A stretch of DNA of 64,000 nt from Synechococcus sp. (GTDB lineage Bacteria > Cyanobacteriota > Cyanobacteriia > PCC-6307 > Cyanobiaceae), in the NCBI GenBank assembly GCA_047285305.1, contig JBJBDL010000003.1:384001-448000 (forward strand), given 5' to 3'. The translations under genes were made by a program, and so were the position numbers. Position 1 is the first letter of the stretch. Each line of letters begins with the position of its first letter. Under the pieces are notes generated by a model. The model did no database searches. It saw nothing but the letters and a program-made list of their open reading frames with translations, and was not told the origin of the DNA. This document shows, piece after piece, positions 40,710 to 50,845 of the stretch.

Positions 40710-40931
40710 ATGACTCTGACGCTGCTCACCCCCGATGCCGGCGAGACGGCACGGCAGCGTTTCTCCCTTGAATTGCTGTTCCAGCAACCGGTTCCGAGCC
40801 CAGAGCAACTGCTGGAAAGCCGCAAGCTGCTCAGCGACGCCCTCCCGGACGTCAGCCTGAATCAATGGGGAGCACTGCAGCGATGGCCTGGCCCGCCAGC
40901 CAACCGCCGCTCCAGCAAGCCTGAAAGTTGA
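40710..40931 (+). pseudogene. Probable 5' remnant of the type IV pilus assembly ATPase PilB
   Basis: Divergent from grpE where pilB-pilT-pilC usually sits; the first 57 or so codons look protein-like, then the frame runs into the antisense of the next gene; identity from synteny and recall only. Confidence 0.5.
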
Positions 40932-42114
40932 AACCGCCGGTCACCCCATCCACATCCAGCAGTTCACCCGCCAGGTAAAGACCGGGGCAGCGGCGGCTCT
41001 CCATCGTGGCCAGGTTGACCTCCCCCAAGGCGACACCGCCGGCGGTGACGAACTCCTCCCCAAAGGGTCCACGTCCCTGGATCGGCACACTCTGCGCACA
41101 GAGCAGCTCCACCAATCGACGCTCAGCCTTGATCGGCAGATCCGCCCAACGGCGCTCTGGCTCTACCCCAGCCATGGTCAAAAAGGCTTGCCACAACCGC
41201 CGCGGAAGATGTTCGAAGGGCTTTGCTGCTGAAAGGGTTCGCCGGGCCTGCTCCTGTCGCCATTGCTGAAACCGCTCGGTCAGCCCCGACCGCCCCAAGC
41301 CAGCACTCCAATCCAACTTCAGCTCACCCTTGTAGCGGTTCTGATGCAGGGCCCTGGCAGCAAAGGCTGAGAGGCGCAACGTGGCGGGTCCACTCAGACC
41401 ACGGTGGGTGATCAGGACCCGCCCGGTCTGGCGGAAGCGCTGATCGCCCAGCTTGAGATCAAGGCCCACATCGTCGATGGCAATGCCAGTGCAGGCCGAC
41501 AGGGCCGGTGCCTGCAGGGCAAGGCTGAACAGCGATGGCACCGGCGGCACCACCTGGTGGCCGAGGGCTGCCGCCAGGTTTCGGCCACTTGGATGCCCCC
41601 CCGTGGCCAACATCAAGCAGCCCCCATGCAAAGGCTCGAGGCCGCGGCCCTCGAGCACAAACCCCCCCTCGGGGTGAACGCGCACCTGCTGGACCATGGC
41701 CTTCGTGCGCAGCTGGACACCCGATGCCCTTGCCGCCTTCTGCAGGCACTGAATTACGGCCTCAGAACGGTTCTGCTGCGGAAACATCCGTCCATCAGGT
41801 TCCTCCACCAGCGTGAGCCCATGCTCGTCAAACCAGGCGATCGCCTCGCCGCAGGCGAAGCGACTGAAGGGGCCCCGCAGGGGTCGACTGCCACGGGGGT
41901 AATGAGTCGCTAGTTCGCGGGGGTCCCAGCAGGCATGGGTCACATTGCAGCGACCGCCACCGCTGATGCGCACCTTCTGGAGGGGCTCAGGGGTGCCTTC
42001 CAGCACCAGCACATGCCGAACGCCCTGCTCGGCTGCAGTGATCGCCGCCATGTACCCGGCAGGACCACCGCCAACAACAATCAGATCAAGCGGGCTGGAA
42101 GCGGAGGGCGACAC
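40852..42114 (-). CDS. HI0933/YhiN-family flavoprotein
   Basis: VVGGGPAG, KVRISGGGRCNVT, GRMFP, THRGLSGP, VTAGGV, GELLDVDGVTGGFNFQ; GTG start chosen. Confidence 0.93.
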   Translation of the reverse strand: MSPSASSPLDLIVVGGGPAGYMAAITAAEQGVRHVLVLEGTPEPLQKVRISGGGRCNVTHACWDPRELATHYPRGSRPLRGPFSRFACGEAIAWFDEHGLTLVEEPDGRMFPQQNRSEAVIQCLQKAARASGVQLRTKAMVQQVRVHPEGGFVLEGRGLEPLHGGCLMLATGGHPSGRNLAAALGHQVVPPVPSLFSLALQAPALSACTGIAIDDVGLDLKLGDQRFRQTGRVLITHRGLSGPATLRLSAFAARALHQNRYKGELKLDWSAGLGRSGLTERFQQWRQEQARRTLSAAKPFEHLPRRLWQAFLTMAGVEPERRWADLPIKAERRLVELLCAQSVPIQGRGPFGEEFVTAGGVALGEVNLATMESRRCPGLYLAGELLDVDGVTGGFNFQACWSGGWLAGQAIAAVLPIDSG

Positions 42115-42589
42115 CGTTGTTGCAATAACGCTTGCCGGTGGGTCGCGGTCCGTCATTGAACACGTGGCCCTGGTGCCCACCACAACGGCTGCAGTGGTAT
42201 TCCGTGCGCGGCAGGATCAATTTGAAATCTACTTTCGTGGCGATGGCTCCATCTAGGGGCTGCCAGAAGCTGGGCCAGCCGGTGCCGCTATCGAATTTGG
42301 CATCCGACGAAAACAAGGCTGCATCACACCCAGCGCAGTGATAGGTGCCGGAACGCTTCTCCCCATTTAGCGAACTGGTGAACGGGCGCTCCGTTCCTTC
42401 ATTGCGCAACACGTCATAGGCCTGGGGAGACAACCGCTCACGCCACTGGTCGGCATTGAGATTCCACGAGGGATCGCCAGCTTTGGATGCCGCCAGCACA
42501 GGCTGAGATCTCCACAGACTGCCAAACACCCCTGCCATTGCCGCCAACAGCAGCGATCGACGGGACAGAACGGCGGCACTCAAGCTCAT
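42086..42589 (-). CDS. msrB: Peptide-methionine (R)-S-oxide reductase with Tat-like leader
   Basis: GTERPF, KFDSGTGWPSF, GHVFNDGP, RYCNNG; SRRSLL leader. Confidence 0.96.
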   Translation of the reverse strand: MSLSAAVLSRRSLLLAAMAGVFGSLWRSQPVLAASKAGDPSWNLNADQWRERLSPQAYDVLRNEGTERPFTSSLNGEKRSGTYHCAGCDAALFSSDAKFDSGTGWPSFWQPLDGAIATKVDFKLILPRTEYHCSRCGGHQGHVFNDGPRPTGKRYCNNGVALRFQPA

Positions 42590-42626
42590 CGGTGCTGAAG
42601 CGGGAATCTCGAGCGGTTCTAATGGA

Positions 42627-43625
42627 TTGATGACTGCCTCCGGATCCACCGCTGCCTACCGCTTCAGTGTGGCCCCGATGCTGGATTGCACCGACCGCCA
42701 CTTCCGGGTGCTGATGCGGCAGATCAGCCGCAGAGCCCTGCTCTATAGCGAAATGGTGGTAGCCCAGGCGCTGCACCACAGCAAGCGACGCAACAAGCTG
42801 CTGGACTTTGATCCTGTGGAGCATCCCATCGCCCTGCAGGTGGGGGGGGAGGACCCAGTCCTGCTGGCCGAGGCGGCACGACTGGCGCAGGACTGGGGCT
42901 ACGACGAGATCAACCTCAATGTGGGTTGTCCCAGCCAGAAAGTGCAGGCCGGAAATTTCGGTGCCTGCCTGATGGCGGAACCGGATCTGGTCGCCCGCTG
43001 CGTGGAAGCCATGGTGGACGCAGGGGGACTCCCCGTGACCGTGAAGCATCGGATCGGCATTGATGATCTGGACAGCGATGCGCTGCTGACGAACTTCGTG
43101 GATCGGGTGGCGCTGGCGGGGGCCAGCCGCTTCGCTGTTCATGCCCGTAAGGCCTGGCTGGAGGGCCTCGATCCCAAGCAGAACAGGACGATTCCTCCGC
43201 TCCAGCATGAGCGCGTGGTGGCGCTTAAGCAACGCCGCCCCGACCTGGTGATTGAACTCAACGGGGGGCTGGAATCCCCTGAAGACTGCCTTCAGGCACT
43301 GGAAGAGTGCGATGGCGCCATGGTTGGCCGAGCGGCCTACAGCCATCCCCTGCGCTGGACCAGCGTCGACGCCCTCATTTTCGGGGAGGAATCACGCCAG
43401 ATCCTGGCGTCAGACGTTGTGAACGGACTGGTTCCCCATGCGGCCGCTCATCTGGAGCGAGGGGGCCGAATCTGGGACCTCTGCCGTCACTTAGTGCAGC
43501 TGGTGGAAGGCGTTCGTGGTGCGCGGCACTGGCGCCGGGAGCTGGGAGAGAAAGCCCAGCGCCCAGGGGCCGATCTGGATGTGCTGCTCAATGCCGGGCA
43601 GCAGCTCAAGGACGCAGGGCTCTGA
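42627..43625 (+). CDS. dusA: tRNA-dihydrouridine synthase A
   Basis: FSVAPMLDCTDRHFR, NLNVGCPS, HARKAWL, NRTIPPL. Confidence 0.95.
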   Translation: MMTASGSTAAYRFSVAPMLDCTDRHFRVLMRQISRRALLYSEMVVAQALHHSKRRNKLLDFDPVEHPIALQVGGEDPVLLAEAARLAQDWGYDEINLNVGCPSQKVQAGNFGACLMAEPDLVARCVEAMVDAGGLPVTVKHRIGIDDLDSDALLTNFVDRVALAGASRFAVHARKAWLEGLDPKQNRTIPPLQHERVVALKQRRPDLVIELNGGLESPEDCLQALEECDGAMVGRAAYSHPLRWTSVDALIFGEESRQILASDVVNGLVPHAAAHLERGGRIWDLCRHLVQLVEGVRGARHWRRELGEKAQRPGADLDVLLNAGQQLKDAGL

Positions 43626-43638
43626 TCAACGGCTGAGG

Positions 43639-44208
43639 TCAGCCCTCAGCTCCGCCGTAACCGGAATAGTCATCGCCACCGCCACTGGACGATCCACGGC
43701 GACGACGGCTGCGACCTTCGTCGTAGGCATTGCCATCACCAGTGTTATCGCGGGCGCCATAGCTGCGGTCTTCCCAGCCCCGTGCACCGGAGGGACGATC
43801 GCCACCGCCACCGGCGTAACCACCGCCACCGCCACCGCCACCGGCGTAACCACCGCCACCGGCGTAACCACCGCCACCGCCACCGCCGCGATAACCACCG
43901 CCACCACCGCCGTAGCCACCACCGCCGCCACCGCCATAACCGCCGCCGCCACGACGGGGGGCGCTGCCGCGGGGCTCAGCTTTATTGATCCGCAAAGGAC
44001 GGCCCATCAGTTCTGCACCCTGCAGCCCCTCAATCGCTGCCACTTCGGTGGACTCATCGGCCATCTCAATGAAGGCAAAACCACGCTTGCGGCCTGTATC
44101 CCGCTCGAGGGGCAGCGCGCAGTTGGTCACTTCACCGAACTGGGCAAACAGTTCGATCACATCTTCCTGCTCAGCGCGGAAGGGAAGGTTGCCGACAAAA
44201 ATGCTCAC
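43639..44208 (-). CDS. RRM RNA-binding protein with Gly-rich tail
   Basis: RNP2 IFVGNL, RNP1 RGFAFIEM. Confidence 0.95.
   Translation of the reverse strand: MSIFVGNLPFRAEQEDVIELFAQFGEVTNCALPLERDTGRKRGFAFIEMADESTEVAAIEGLQGAELMGRPLRINKAEPRGSAPRRGGGGYGGGGGGGYGGGGGGYRGGGGGGGYAGGGGYAGGGGGGGGYAGGGGDRPSGARGWEDRSYGARDNTGDGNAYDEGRSRRRRGSSSGGGDDYSGYGGAEG
43801..43950 (-). repeat. Coding low-complexity repeat (GGGGY-x)n
   Basis: Repeated CCGCCACCGGCGTAACCA-type units within the RRM gene. Confidence 0.8.
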
Positions 44209-44334
44209 GTTTTGCGTGGACCGGGTACGAAACAGTGGACCGATGAGGCCTTGAACATTGCCATCGGGCCATGACTCCGGAACGAAGTGACATACCTTTG
44301 GCTGATTAAGCGTAGACCCGGTTAAGGGTGAGAG

Positions 44335-45753
44335 TCATCCCACCGGCTGAGTTCCGTTGAAACGCTGTAACCAGCGCTGAAGCTGTTCATCAACACGCTC
44401 AAATCCTGTCCCCCCTTCACTGCGACGGGCGGCCACAACAGCACGTGGAGCCAAGGCATCGTGCAGATCCGCCTCAAAGGCCGGGTGGAGTTCCTTCCAG
44501 GCACTCAGATCAAGATCCCGCAACAGACATCCCTGCTCTAGACAGCGTCGGACGACAGCACCGACCAATTGATAAGCCTCGCGAAATGGAACACCACGAG
44601 ACACCAGATAGTCGGCAACATCCGTTGCATTGGAGAAATCCTGCTCCACCGCTTCATTGAGGCGCTCGACTCTGAAATCAAGGCCTTCCTCAAACAAAAT
44701 CGTCATCGCCTCAACGCAATCACGTGTTGTGCGGAAAGCATCAAACAGCGCCTCCTTGTCTTCCTGAAAATCCTTGTTGTAGGCCAGAGGAAGACCCTTG
44801 ATCATGGTCAGCAACCCCTGGAGATGTCCGAAGACCCGTCCGGTCTTGCCCCGAACCAGCTCAGGCACATCGGGATTCTTCTTCTGGGGCATCAGGCTGC
44901 TGCCCGTGGCACAGCGGTCGGTGAGCCGCACGAAGCCGAATTCCTCGGACGCCCAGGCGATCACCTCTTCCGCCAGACGGCTGAGGTGCACCATCACCAA
45001 GGAGGCTGCAGCGGAGAACTCAATGCAGAAATCGCGATCACTGACCGCATCGAGGCTGTTGGCATAAACCACTGAAAAACCGAGCTCCTTCGCGGTGAGC
45101 TGGCGATCAATCGGGACCGGCGTGCCCGCCAAGGCAGCAGCGCCAAGCGGGCAGATGTTCACGCGTTTCCGCACATCCTGAAGTCGCTCACGGTCGCGCT
45201 CCAGCATCTCGACATAGGCGAGCAGGTGATGGGCGAGACAAAGCGGCTGGGCACGCTGCAGGTGGGTGTACCCGGGAATCATGGTGCGGCGGTGGCGATC
45301 CGCCTGGGTCAGCAGCGCCCCCTGCAACCGCTGCAGATCCTGATCCAGGCCATCCAGCCGTCGCCGCAGCCAGAGGCGTAGGTCAGTCCCAACCTGATCG
45401 TTGCGGCTGCGTCCGGTGTGCAACTTCTTGCCCACAGGACCGAGCAAGGCAATCAGCCGGCGTTCCACAGCGAAATGAACGTCCTCATCAGCCAAGCCAG
45501 GCTGGAAACTGCCGGATGCCGCCTCAGCACGAACGGTCTCCAGGCCCTCCACCAGCTGCTCAGCCTCCCCTTCCGTGATCACTCCGACGCTGGCGAGCAT
45601 CCGAGCATGGGCGATCGACCCATCGAGATCCTCCTGAAGAAGGGTCAGGTCAAAACCGATGGAGGCGTTGAACGCCTCGATGAAGGGATGCAAACCCTGC
45701 TCAAAACGATCGCTCCAGGTGCCTGCTGCACCACCGGTCACCCCACCAGCCAT
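44335..45753 (-). CDS. argH: Argininosuccinate lyase
   Basis: [41 protein letters not shown]. Confidence 0.98.
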   Translation of the reverse strand: MAGGVTGGAAGTWSDRFEQGLHPFIEAFNASIGFDLTLLQEDLDGSIAHARMLASVGVITEGEAEQLVEGLETVRAEAASGSFQPGLADEDVHFAVERRLIALLGPVGKKLHTGRSRNDQVGTDLRLWLRRRLDGLDQDLQRLQGALLTQADRHRRTMIPGYTHLQRAQPLCLAHHLLAYVEMLERDRERLQDVRKRVNICPLGAAALAGTPVPIDRQLTAKELGFSVVYANSLDAVSDRDFCIEFSAAASLVMVHLSRLAEEVIAWASEEFGFVRLTDRCATGSSLMPQKKNPDVPELVRGKTGRVFGHLQGLLTMIKGLPLAYNKDFQEDKEALFDAFRTTRDCVEAMTILFEEGLDFRVERLNEAVEQDFSNATDVADYLVSRGVPFREAYQLVGAVVRRCLEQGCLLRDLDLSAWKELHPAFEADLHDALAPRAVVAARRSEGGTGFERVDEQLQRWLQRFNGTQPVG

Positions 45754-45781
45754 CAATTCATCCGTCGATTTCCTCAGCTTG

Positions 45782-47194
45782 TCAGGCGATTGACCGTCCC
45801 TGCACACTTGGCAACGTGACCGCCTCCGGAACTTTCAGCACCACAAGCGACGCGTCATCCTCCAGCTGACGATCCGGACCAACAAAACGGTCCAAGCGTT
45901 CAAACAGGCTTTCAAGAATTCCCTGCGCTCCCTGACCACTGCGACAGGCCGTTTCAAGGGCACGAATCAGCCGCGCCTCATCGAAACGATCGCCCGTGAT
46001 CCCCGGTGCTTCGGTGACACCATCGGTGTAGTAGAGCAACACGTCTCCCGGTTCAAGGCAAATCTCGCCAAGGGCGAACTCAGCTTCGGGTTGGAGACCG
46101 ATCAGCAGCCCAGCCGCATCGAGCCGCATGATCACCCGTCGCTCAGCGCGCCAAAGCAGGGGCGGGTTGTGGGCCGCATTGGCATAACGCAACCGCAGCG
46201 TGCGCGGATCCAGGTCGGAATAAAACAACGTCACAAACCGGTGCGACTGCGCCAGGTCTTCCTGCGCCAAGTGGTTGAGATCGTGAAGAATCCGATCCGG
46301 TGGCAGACCGCTGAGGACCTCCGCACGCAGCATCCCGCGCAGCATCGTCATTAGCAGACCAGCGGGCACGCCCTTCCCCATGACATCACCCATTACCAGG
46401 GCCCAGCGACCCCGCTCACGGCGTCGACCGATGAGTTCCGGACGGGTGGGAATGAAGTCGTAGTAGTCACCGCCCACCTGAAACGCAGGCCGACAGCGCG
46501 CGGCCAGATCAACGCCCTCGATCACCGGGCAACGATCCGGCAACAACTGGGCCTGAATCTCTGCACCAATGCTGAGTTGTCGATCCACCCGCTCATGCCG
46601 GCGAGCGTCCTGCAGCATCTGATCGTTTTCGATCGCAACACCAGCAAGATCCGCCACCAACTGAACGTGCCGACGGTGCACCTCGGTCCAGACCAACGAG
46701 CCGTTACGGGCGTACACGTAAAGGCGGCCCCGCGTTCGACCACGGGCCGTCATAGACGTGGCAAACAAAACCGCTTTGGGAAGGCAGCGTTGCACCAGCC
46801 GGTCGAGCGCCAACAGCTGCTGATCGTCGCTGCCGAAGCCCACGGCAGAGCCGGGTTCAAAGGCTGCCAAACGCCGCAGCAGATCCTGGGACGGCTCGGC
46901 TGGACTCCCCTGCAGCTGATCACGCCAGAGGCGACCATCCGACTGAAACGGAACAAGCAAGGCCCCCTCAACACCTACCAGCCGCGAGGCCACAACAGGC
47001 ACAAGCTCAAGAAAGCGCTGGAGGTTGGTGAAGCTGCGAAGGGCAAACCCCAGGGAGACCAATAGATCCTGATTGCGGCGCTGTTCGCTGCTGAGACTGT
47101 CAAACAGCTGACGCAATGAAGCCATGGCCTCAGGCGAGGGGTTCCCGGTCCGCTGCGCAGAGCTGGGATGACGTCCGGGCGGCTTGCTGCTCAA
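45782..47194 (-). CDS. GAF plus PP2C/SpoIIE (RsbU-like) protein phosphatase
   Basis: VGGDYYD, GDVMGKG, NAAH, YTDGVTE, DDAS. Confidence 0.92.
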   Translation of the reverse strand: MSSKPPGRHPSSAQRTGNPSPEAMASLRQLFDSLSSEQRRNQDLLVSLGFALRSFTNLQRFLELVPVVASRLVGVEGALLVPFQSDGRLWRDQLQGSPAEPSQDLLRRLAAFEPGSAVGFGSDDQQLLALDRLVQRCLPKAVLFATSMTARGRTRGRLYVYARNGSLVWTEVHRRHVQLVADLAGVAIENDQMLQDARRHERVDRQLSIGAEIQAQLLPDRCPVIEGVDLAARCRPAFQVGGDYYDFIPTRPELIGRRRERGRWALVMGDVMGKGVPAGLLMTMLRGMLRAEVLSGLPPDRILHDLNHLAQEDLAQSHRFVTLFYSDLDPRTLRLRYANAAHNPPLLWRAERRVIMRLDAAGLLIGLQPEAEFALGEICLEPGDVLLYYTDGVTEAPGITGDRFDEARLIRALETACRSGQGAQGILESLFERLDRFVGPDRQLEDDASLVVLKVPEAVTLPSVQGRSIA

Positions 47195-47229
47195 CCTCGC
47201 ACCCCCAGGGTCCGCAAGGTAGCAACGCT

Positions 47230-48738
47230 TCAGCGTCCGGCCAGCAGAGCCTCAACGAATTCAAAACTGTTGAAGGGGCGCAAATCGCGAATCCCTTCCC
47301 CAGCGCCGATGAAACGTATCGGCAATCCAGCCTCAGACGACACCGCCAGCGCGACACCGCCACGGGCCGTGCCATCGAGTTTGGTGATCACAACGCCGGT
47401 GAGACCGGCCGCCTGGGCAAAGGCCATGGCCTGGCGAAGCCCGTTCTGACCCTGACTGGCATCAAGAACCAGCAGGGATTCAACCTTCGCCTCCGGCGCC
47501 AAACGGTCGATGATCTTTCTGACTTTTTCGAGTTCCTCCATCAGGTTGTGCTTGGTCTGCAAGCGTCCGGCGGTGTCCACCAACAGCAGATCAGACTTGC
47601 GCGCGCGAGCGGCACCAATCGCGTCGAACACAACGGCAGCGGGGTCGGCATTGCTGCTGGGGTTGGACACCACTGGAACATCACTGCGCTCTCCCCAGAC
47701 CTCAACCTGCTGGACAGCTGCAGCCCGGAAGGTGTCGGCGGCCGCGATCAGAGCTGAATAGCCGCTGCGAACAGCAAGGTTGGCAAGTTTTCCAAGGGTG
47801 GTGGTCTTACCAACCCCATTCACCCCCACCATCAACCAGATGTTGAGGCGATCCCGTTCGGGCGCCAGAAGAGGAACACCACTGGCCTGGATCGGGGCAT
47901 CCAACAAGCCAAGCAGCTGTTCCTTGAGGAAGCGAATCCCCTCCACAGGATCGACCACCTCCTCATTCATCCGCTGTCGCAGGGCATCCAGCACCTGATC
48001 GGTGGCCTGGACGCCAGCGTCCGCCCTCAGCAGGAGGGTTTCGAGATCGTCGAGAACCTCCGGCGTCAGCGGATCGTCACCGAGATTCTCCAGAAGGCTG
48101 GTGACAAAGCCCTGACGGGTCTTTTCAAGACCGCGGCGAAGTCGACCCAACCAATCGATTTCCTCGAGGGAAACCTGATCGACGCGACGGCCCTGGGCTG
48201 CAAGCACCTCGGCAGACCAGGTGAAATCCTGATCAAAGTCACCCAACTGCGGCTCTTCTGAGTCGACAGCTGGCGCAGAGGTGGGAGCCGGCGTAGGTGC
48301 AGGGGGAGCCTCGAGAGCCCGTTCATCCAGATCCTGCTGACGCTTCTGGCGTTGAGCCGCGGCCTGCTCCAACAGCGACAGTGCGGGGGCTGGTGCTGGA
48401 GACGGCGTCGGTAGAGGCGTTGGTAACGGTGCCGGTCCTGGTGTTGGGGTTGGTGAAGGCGCTGGTTCTGGACTAGGCGCAGGGGTGGGCTCGGGGGCCG
48501 CATCGGCAACAGAGGCCGCGGCCTGTTGTTGAGCCTTCAGCCGGGCATAGGCCTCGCGAGCCCAAACCAGAGCCTCATCCTCTTCCTCACTGGCTGAAGG
48601 AGCTGGAGTCGGCTCCGGCGCTACTGAAACGGAAGCATCAGTCCCACCAGCCGTCGGTTCCGACGTCGGCGCGGGGGTGGGCGTCGGCTGCGGCGTCGGT
48701 GATTCCTCAGCCTGTCGTTCGAACCAGTTGAACACCAT
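47230..48738 (-). CDS. ftsY: Signal recognition particle receptor
   Basis: GVNGVGKTTT, DTFRAAA, DTAGR, TKLDGTARGG; acidic Pro-rich N-terminus. Confidence 0.97.
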   Translation of the reverse strand: MVFNWFERQAEESPTPQPTPTPAPTSEPTAGGTDASVSVAPEPTPAPSASEEEDEALVWAREAYARLKAQQQAAASVADAAPEPTPAPSPEPAPSPTPTPGPAPLPTPLPTPSPAPAPALSLLEQAAAQRQKRQQDLDERALEAPPAPTPAPTSAPAVDSEEPQLGDFDQDFTWSAEVLAAQGRRVDQVSLEEIDWLGRLRRGLEKTRQGFVTSLLENLGDDPLTPEVLDDLETLLLRADAGVQATDQVLDALRQRMNEEVVDPVEGIRFLKEQLLGLLDAPIQASGVPLLAPERDRLNIWLMVGVNGVGKTTTLGKLANLAVRSGYSALIAAADTFRAAAVQQVEVWGERSDVPVVSNPSSNADPAAVVFDAIGAARARKSDLLLVDTAGRLQTKHNLMEELEKVRKIIDRLAPEAKVESLLVLDASQGQNGLRQAMAFAQAAGLTGVVITKLDGTARGGVALAVSSEAGLPIRFIGAGEGIRDLRPFNSFEFVEALLAGR

Positions 48739-49373
48739 CAGACCGATGCTTTCGATTGAGCGTCATGGAAGCGACGCAACACACCATTGATCATCCGGCG
48801 ACCCTGCTCATCGCTGTAACGGTTGGCCAGCTCAACCGCCTCGTTGAACGCCACCGGAGCCGGAGTGCGCAGGCTTTCGAGGTCAACGACAGCCAACCGG
48901 AGGATGTCTCGATCGATCCGCGGAAGCCGGGTCAGTCTCCAGCCCTCCATCACCTGATCCAACCGTTTGTCGATGCCCTCGCGCTGGGCGAGCACCTTCT
49001 GAACCCGCTCCATGGCGCCGCGGCGAATCTGCTCCTGGTCGCCAAGCAACAACAGCCGAGGCAACTCAAGACTGGCTGACAAACCATTCAGCACCTGTTC
49101 AGCGGAACTCAAAGAGGCGCGCAGATGGGTGCGGACGGTGTCATGGGTTCCTGGTTCGCCCTGCTGTAGCTCGCTGTCCAGCAGTGACTGCTGCGCTTGA
49201 TCGAGCTCTGCAGCACTGGCATCAAGCGACTCACGCCAGTGCTGGGTGAGGGTGTCGAGGGCCTGGTCCAGGATCGAATCAAGGGACTGGTCAGCGACTG
49301 AGGCTGACTTGTGTTCCGACACCTGACCAAGCACCAGCAAGGCCAGCTCGCGTGTAAGGGATCGTGTGGCCAT
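48738..49373 (-). CDS. nusB: Transcription antitermination factor NusB
   Basis: RELAL, WRLTRL..IDRDILRL, NEAVELANRY, INGVL. Confidence 0.95.
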   Translation of the reverse strand: MATRSLTRELALLVLGQVSEHKSASVADQSLDSILDQALDTLTQHWRESLDASAAELDQAQQSLLDSELQQGEPGTHDTVRTHLRASLSSAEQVLNGLSASLELPRLLLLGDQEQIRRGAMERVQKVLAQREGIDKRLDQVMEGWRLTRLPRIDRDILRLAVVDLESLRTPAPVAFNEAVELANRYSDEQGRRMINGVLRRFHDAQSKASV

Positions 49374-49376
49374 GAC

Positions 49377-50111
49377 TCAGCTGGAAGGAGATGCAGAAGC
49401 CCGTAACTGGGCCATGAGGCTGGAGAAACTCCGGTTCACAGGAGCTTCACGATCATCGGGGTTGACGATGCCGGCCGAAATGATCGTTCGGAAAGCTTCT
49501 TCAACGCTGATCTCCAGCTCTCGGACGGATCCAGCTGGAACAAGGGTGTACCAACCGGTGGTGGGATTCGGAGCGGTGGGAATGAACACACTCAACAGGG
49601 GCTCCTTCAGATCAGATTGAAGTGAAGGCCCCACCTCCCCGGTGACAAAACCAACGCTGAACAATCCCTCCCGTGGGTACTCAACGAGAACAACACGACG
49701 AAAGCGAGAGGAGTTGTCGCGGAAAAAGGTCTCGAGCAGCTGCTTCAGCGTCTTGTAGACCGATCCAGCCAGGGGAATCCGGCTCAAGGTGCCTTCACCG
49801 AACTCCAACAGCCAGCGACCCACGATGTTTCGCGCCATCAAGCCGATCAAAAGGATGCCCATCAGAGGCACCGTGAGACCGAGAGCCAGATTGATCAGAT
49901 CCTGAAGCAATGGATTCAGGGTGATGAACGGGTTGAACTGCTTCGGTATCGAGGTCAGGAACGCCAGAACAAAGCGACTGACGATCGTTGACAGCCAAAT
50001 GGTGGTCGCCAATGGAATAACCACAAGCAACCCTGCAATCAGGTCGTTTTTCAGATCCTGCCGAAGCCTTGCGGACAGCGGCAGATCAGGTCTGGGATTG
50101 GACTGGACCAA
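49377..50111 (-). CDS. DUF502 membrane protein
   Basis: AGLLVVIPLATT, VLVEYPR, VFIPTAPNPTTG. Confidence 0.9.
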   Translation of the reverse strand: MVQSNPRPDLPLSARLRQDLKNDLIAGLLVVIPLATTIWLSTIVSRFVLAFLTSIPKQFNPFITLNPLLQDLINLALGLTVPLMGILLIGLMARNIVGRWLLEFGEGTLSRIPLAGSVYKTLKQLLETFFRDNSSRFRRVVLVEYPREGLFSVGFVTGEVGPSLQSDLKEPLLSVFIPTAPNPTTGWYTLVPAGSVRELEISVEEAFRTIISAGIVNPDDREAPVNRSFSSLMAQLRASASPSS

Positions 50112-50161
50112 GGAGCTACTGCGCCCAGCTTTGAGTGGAGTCTGACCAACCTAACCAGCGG

Positions 50162-50809
50162 TCAGAGCACTGCCGTGAACGCAAGGAGCGCAAACGCAAT
50201 CGCAAGAACCACAGCCGTAATGGTTCCACCGATGAACCGCTGCTGGGATTCACGGGCCTGGCCAGCCTCAAAGTTCTTGAATTGGGCCTCCATCTGGGCG
50301 ATCTGATCGTCCACCATCTTTTGTGCCGCCCGCAGCTTGTCGTCCTCGGTGGCATCGGCAGCTAGTTGACCGGCCTGGGCCAGTTGCTCACCAAGGGAGG
50401 TGACCTGCGCTGCATCGGCGCGGAAGGCTCGTGCATCCTTCAGCGCTTCGCGGCCCTGTTCCAGATTGCGCTGACGGGCCACCTCACCCGCACCCCCATC
50501 CAGGGACATGGGCACGGCCATCACCATGCCGAGGGCCAACAGCGCTGAAAGAACGGCGATCAGCAGACGCAAAGGAGTGCGCTGCTGATGGGGATGATCC
50601 AGCCGTGATCCGATCAGGCAGATCAACAAACCGGCAAATCCCAAAGGAGCAAGGGCCACAAGCGGTCCGGTGACCTGCGGGCGTGGAGCATCCGCACCCC
50701 AGTCGACACCTACAAGAACAGCCAACATCTGCAGGACGAGGATCACCACGAGGGTCAAACCAAGCCAGCGCAACAAGGAAGTAAGCCGTCCTGGCTCAGT
50801 GCCGGTCAC
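50162..50809 (-). CDS. HpsJ-like membrane protein
   Basis: Three N-terminal transmembrane helices, coiled coil, C-terminal transmembrane helix. Confidence 0.65.
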   Translation of the reverse strand: MTGTEPGRLTSLLRWLGLTLVVILVLQMLAVLVGVDWGADAPRPQVTGPLVALAPLGFAGLLICLIGSRLDHPHQQRTPLRLLIAVLSALLALGMVMAVPMSLDGGAGEVARQRNLEQGREALKDARAFRADAAQVTSLGEQLAQAGQLAADATEDDKLRAAQKMVDDQIAQMEAQFKNFEAGQARESQQRFIGGTITAVVLAIAFALLAFTAVL

Positions 50810-50845
50810 AGAGATGATGCTGATAAGCGCCCAACCTTAAGGTCG

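Noticed and set aside
42627..42720. dusA 5' end as an integration hotspot
   Set aside because: Gene intact with no adjacent integrase or duplicated fragment
43801..43950. Tandem repeat in the RRM gene as a regulatory repeat
   Set aside because: Encodes the normal Gly-rich tail in frame
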